DNA of 64,000 nt, taken from positions 12,772 to 76,771 of the forward strand of contig JAQUOD010000002.1 of assembly GCA_028717245.1 (NCBI GenBank), given 5' to 3'. A program made the translations under genes and the position numbers. A model generated the notes under the pieces. That model was given only the letters and a program-made list of their open reading frames with translations. It was not told the origin of the DNA and searched no databases. Of the stretch, positions 57,301-63,300 are shown in pieces (position 1 is the stretch's first letter; the number at the start of each line of letters is the position of its first letter). Origin of the DNA: Candidatus Omnitrophota bacterium. Its GTDB lineage: Bacteria; Omnitrophota; Gorgyraeia; Gygaellales; Profunditerraquicolaceae.

Positions 57301-60300
57301 GATTGATTTTGAAAGTCTAATTAGAGGCGCAGAAGTCAAGCCAGCAGTCTCAGCCGCCCAGACGCTGCGGGGAAAAACAAGCCTTATAGGCAAAGTCTTG
57401 CGGAGAATTTTGCGGGCAGCGCAGATAGCGTTGGCAATAATCGTCTTATTTGTTATCTTTGCCCAGCCGGTTGCAGCAGCGGCAGAGGCAGTTGTTGTAG
57501 GCAACAGCACAGCGTCGGTAGCGGCATTTTCACTCTCAGCAGCTGTACCTTATATAGGTATAGCCATTGAGGTAATGCTTCTAGGAGTAATGGTTGTTTT
57601 GGGGGTGTTTCGCCATTACCGTATGCGCGAACAATACTGGGGAGCGATTAGAACATTATTCGTGTTTTTAATCTCAGGAGTTATTCTTGCTGGGCCGGTT
57701 TTGGCGCTTGCTGCATTCTCAATCCTTCCTCCTGTAAGTACAAGCCTAACCGTAGGGATAGGTATTGGGATAGGAGTAGTGAATGTAGTTTCATTTATTA
57801 TACTTATACTTAGAATCTATAGCGGAATAAGGGTTTTCTCCCGGGACAACCCCTGGTATGAGGATGTTATGGTTACAGGAGCAGCATTGATATGGGGGCC
57901 AATAGCAGGTTTCTTATATTTACTGAAAAAGATAACTGATGCCATACAAGTCAGAAAAGAAGCAGCGCAGAAAGATAATAAAAAGCTCAATGAAGAAATA
58001 AAAGGAATAAACGCTGACCTTAAATCTGCCGCTAGAGCATTTAGAAAAATGAAGGTAGTAGGGGATGAGGAAAGATTCAAGGAGGTATGCGGCTCCTTTG
58101 ACGCCGCCTATGACCGTGGCTGTGCGATACCGGCAGAAAATAGGCCTCACTCTATGGCGGAAGCCTTAAAGGAAGCATCTGATGCGCGCGAAGAAGCCCG
58201 GAAGAGGATAGAGCAGGATAAAGCTAAAAAAGAAGCCAAGCAGCCAACAGTAACCCAAAAGACTACCCAACAGGCTAATCAGCCAAAAAGAGCCATTGAT
58301 ATTTATAGAATTATTGCCGGTATATTTACTATCAGTGGAGCAGTTTCCTTGTCTGCGGCCCTCTATCTACTAATAGTAGGAATAAGATTACTCGTTACAG
58401 GAGACTATGCTAGCACGGTATCGCCTTACATTAACATAGTATTTTTCGTTTTTAGCGTCAGCGTAGTTATAACCTTAGGTTCTCTATATTATTTGTTTTT
58501 TAAAGAAAAGCTGGCTAAACAAGCCAAGCAGGCAAAAGAAAACGAGCGTCAGGCAGAGAAAGACAAGGCTTATAAGCAGGCCAGGAGAGCAGTAGCAAAA
58601 TTATCCAGATTAGATGATATGGGAGAGTTCTACACAAGGCTAAAAGCCATAGAGGATAAATATGGCATTACATTCATTGTTGAAGATCCAGCTTTACAGA
58701 AGGCAGGCGCTCAGGTTAGAAAGAATCAAGCTGCCAAAGAGGCTAGAGAAGAGCGGGCTAAGAAGCAAACCCAAAAGACAGATAGCGAGACCGAAGAAGC
58801 CAAACAGAAGGCCGCTTCTTTTGTTAAGAAACTTGCCGAAGCCGTTAAAGCTAATAATAAAGCCAAGGCCGATAAGAAGGCTGCCGAAGAAGCAGCCAAG
58901 AAAAAGGCCAAGGCAGCAAAGGCTGGGAAAGAAGCTAAAGCGTGGAGTTATGATACTCTACACCCCATGATGAAGAGTCTTATTGAATCGCACTTAGAAG
59001 TTTTATCTTCTCGGTCCGACATAAATTCTTTAGAAAAGCAGAGGGCGGAGACAGAAAACGAAATAACGGATAACACCAATAAAGGTTACTTAAATAAAAA
59101 AGAGAGCGAACACTATCAGAAGAAGCTCCGCAAGGCCTATTCATCCCGCGCGCAGCAATTAATAAAAAAGAGAATCAAAGCCGAGATTGTTTCAAGAAAA
59201 CCAAAGGATGAATTAGAGAGAATCCATAGCGAAATCGTTGGCGTAATTAATAGTCTTTCCTTAGACGAGAAAGACAAAGCAAAGTTAAAAGGAGAAGCAG
59301 ATAATAAATTAAAAGTAATCCAGGAAAAGCAGGTTAAGCAGCAAGCTAAGAACAAACCCAGCGCCGCTCCGGCAAAAACAGGATTAGGGGCGTGGATTAA
59401 ACAGAAGGCCGAGAAGCTTACCGAAGCCGCAAAGAAGGCATGGGATAAAGTCAGGGCAGGAAAGGCCCAGAAGGCTTATGATAAGCGAGAAAACAAGCGC
59501 AATGCAGAAATCAAAAAATATAACCGGCGGATCGGCCCGGCGCTTAAGAAAATGGCCTCTGCTAAGACAGTTGAAGCTGTGCGTAAGGCAGAGGCTGATG
59601 TTATTGCCTTGGATAATCAGTACCCGTGTTTTAACAAAGAAGATAGGGCCGCCCATATTAAATCCCACCGTGACCAGGCAAATTCTATAATAGATAATAT
59701 TAATACAGAAAATACCAAGAAGGCTCAAGAGAAATTAGAACAGAAACAAGCACGCCAGGCAGGAAAAGACCAGAAGGCTGCTGATAATAAAGCCAAGAAA
59801 GAGGAAGAGAAGAAATTAAAAGCTGAAGCTAAACTCAAAAAGGACGCAGAGAAAAAAGCGCAGGCAGCAGCAGATAAATCCAAAACAGCAGCCAAGAGTA
59901 AACCAGTAGCCCAAGAAAATTCCGAAAGAGGGCCTCCAGTTGCAACAGAAGATAAGCCAATAACCCCAGCTCCCAGCGCACCTGCTGAAAAAGAAACAAC
60001 TCCAGCCAGCGTTGAGAGCGATCTTCTCCGCGATCCCATAAATGCCCTCCTTTTGATTTTAGTAGTTTATGGTTTCTACGGCCTTGTGGCGCTTCCTTTA
60101 GCATTGATTTCTCCTGATATTTATCTTGCCGCCCTGCTTGGCGGATTAGAGCTCGCTGTGGGTGGGTGGCTTCTTATGTTATGGATATTTAGAGGCAAGC
60201 CCGCTAAAGCTGAAGTCACAGCAGCACCAGTAATCCCAGCAGCACCAGCAGCCCCAGTAGTATCAGAGGAAAAAGTTCCTGAGGCACCCGCCACAGTTAA

Positions 60301-63300
60301 ACCCGCAGAACCCAAAGAAACTCCTCAACCTCCTCAAACCGGAACTTCCTACGGTTATCCTTATGGGTATGGCGACGGTGCTAGTCAGATACCTCAAGAA
60401 GATTTAAAAGATATACAGAAAACTACAGAAGACCTGAAGAAAAAATTAGATGAAGTTCAAGAAGGAGAACAAACCGAACAAGAGATTAAAAAGCGCGTAG
60501 AAGAATTTATTGAGAACAAAATCTCACCAGAGCCAAGAGAAGCAGTAAGAGCTGAAATCATGAGAAGGTTGGTTGATTTAGCTGCTACCAACGAAACCCT
60601 CCGCAAGGTTTTAGTTGGAATGTTCTTCGGTGTTGAATACCCAACCCCAATTAAAAACGTATTGTTTATCCATACTGCATTAGATGGTATGGGTGATGAG
60701 ATGATAGCCGCTAGTTTATTGATGGCTCTAATGATAGCTTATCCCGATGCAAAGGTTACTATTGCTTCGGACCGCCCCTTCCGTTACAACCAGAAGAGAG
60801 TTAGGGTTGTTTCTCTGCAGCGAATTAGCAGGTATAGAGCAACCGGTTTAAATAGAGAAGACCTGGGCGATGCGGTAAGCGTTATGCCGGAGAATGAAGA
60901 AAAAATAGATTCACTAGCACAGAAGGATTGGGATGTGGTTCTCTGCTCCAGAGAATTGACTATAGGTAAAAAAGAAAACATTCCGGAATTTAAAAAGGCA
61001 AAGGTTCTGGTTGTGCTTCCTGAATGGCCGGACAGAAATGTCTTGGCCAGAGTCAGGACCCATGACGGCGCCTGGTACCCCATCGCAGGCCATGGGAATC
61101 AGTATGAGATATGCCTGAGTGTAGCCCGGCTTTTAGGCATAGATGTCAGGGCCAGCGAACCAGAGCTTTTTATATCCAGAGAATCAAAAGAATATGCATA
61201 TGTTGCCCGGAGGGTAAACGAAATGAGGGTATCTGGCGCAAATAAACCCGTATTGTTCATTAGTTTGTTTGGAAGTACCGCTCCACTTAAGGGTTTCCTA
61301 GATATGAATAAATTAGCTCGGGTAGTAGAATACATCCGAGATTTAGGCTTCGTTCTCGTTGTTGATACCAGTCATGGCAATAAGATTGGAGATAAAGAGA
61401 TGAATGCCTTTAGGTTAGCTATTAAGAATTGGGATGCTATCTATATTATCCAGGATATAGAAAATGATTATAGAGTAGCCCTTTTAGAATATTTCATATA
61501 TTTTGCAGATGGCGCAGTAACTGTTGACTGCGGCCAAATGCATACGTTCCATGCATTGGGTAAGAATAAGCCTTTATTAGCCCTGTTTAGCAAGAAGATG
61601 TATTTTAATAAATCCGCATGGTTCCCGGCTTATGCAAATTCTTTAATTCAACAGGCAATCGAATATGAAGGTACATTCGATGAGTTGACAGAGAGAAATA
61701 TCCAGCAAATAGCTATTATCAAAGATTTAATTCTTAATCATCCTAAATATGTAATTGATTCTCAAAAAGCAGGGGCACCTGTATTTGCCAATCATGAAAG
61801 CTTTAAAGCCAAGATTAAAGAGACAATCTCTGATTTATTGTTGATATATTTGCGGGAGAAAAGGTTGGATTGCGACAAGGTAGATTCCTTAGCCCGTATC
61901 ATAGCTGCAAACCCAGAATATTCTGAGTATGCCTCTAAGGCATTATTTAAAGATTTAGTCGAACCATTGATGGATAGCTTCTTGTTAGAAGGCAGGAAAG
62001 CTTATATAGAAATATTCACCGGAATAATTATGTATCTGCGTAAATACCCACAGGCAAAGATTATCGATGAATATCTGAACAGGATGGCAGTAGAAAATGC
62101 CGAACAGATGATACAACGAGTGAATAGGCTGATGCAGACGAGGCCTTTTGCTCCAAGCCGCAAAAATAGGATTAAAAAGGCCTTTGTGTTCTCCCGCATC
62201 ACTATTGGCGCAGATGTAGCTATAACAGGTATAGTGCTTGAGCGCATAAAAGAGGAATTCCCGGATGCAGAGATTTATTTCGTAGCTCCTGCTAAACAGG
62301 CTCAGCTATTCGGCGCTGATTCAAGGATTAAGATAATGGAGCTTCCTTTCCAGCGCCAGGGAGGGATGCTTGCCCGCTTGGAAAGCTGGATAGATTTAGT
62401 GAAACTTATCCAGGCCAACACCGCCGGGCTCAAGGACGATGAATATTTAATCGTGGACCCAGATAGCCGTATACCTCAATTGGGTATTATGCCTCTGCCG
62501 GTAAGGTTAGAGAATTACTTGTTCTTTAATAGCGGTGCCAGGGAAGACGAAATAAGAAACGGCGTGTTGACGGTTGGCGAGGCGACAAACCGCTGGTTAG
62601 ATGAAGTATTCGGCAAAAGAGAAAAGCCCATCTATCCAAAGGTTTGGATTAGGGCGCAGGATAAAGGATTTGCGGATAAAGTATTCAGCCACAAGAGGCT
62701 GCAAGGTAAATTCGTTGTAACTATAAATTTAGGTTTTGGCGGCAACGGCAATAAACGTATTAGCCCTGAATTTGAAGCAGGATTGATTTTAAGATTGATA
62801 GAGCAGGGTTCGACGGTTATCCTGGATAAAGGCTTTGGCCCCGAGGAGAGCGAACAGATAGACGCGATTATTAAATATATACAGGACCACGGAAAGACTT
62901 CGGCCTATGTTAAAAACGATACAGATACGATAAATGCATTTTTGAACGTAGGCGATTTTGATTTGGTTGTATTTGAAGGTAACATCGGTGAACTTACAAG
63001 CTTAATCTCAAGAAGCGGCTATTATGTCGGCTATGATTCGCAAGGCCAACACGTAGCCGCTTCTTTATCTATACCGGAAACCGTAATCTTTGCCGGATAT
63101 ATCAGCGATGTCTTTAGGCAGAGATGGCATCCTTACGGCGCAGGAGAAATAAAGGTTATAGCGGTTGATGCTCAGAACATTGATAAAAAGGATATTGATG
63201 AAGATAAGATAATTGCTTCCGTTGCAGCAGATGTAAAGGCTAAGATGCAGGAGGCGGCAAAAGCAGCAGAAGAGAAGGCTAAACAGGAAGAGCCTGCGCC

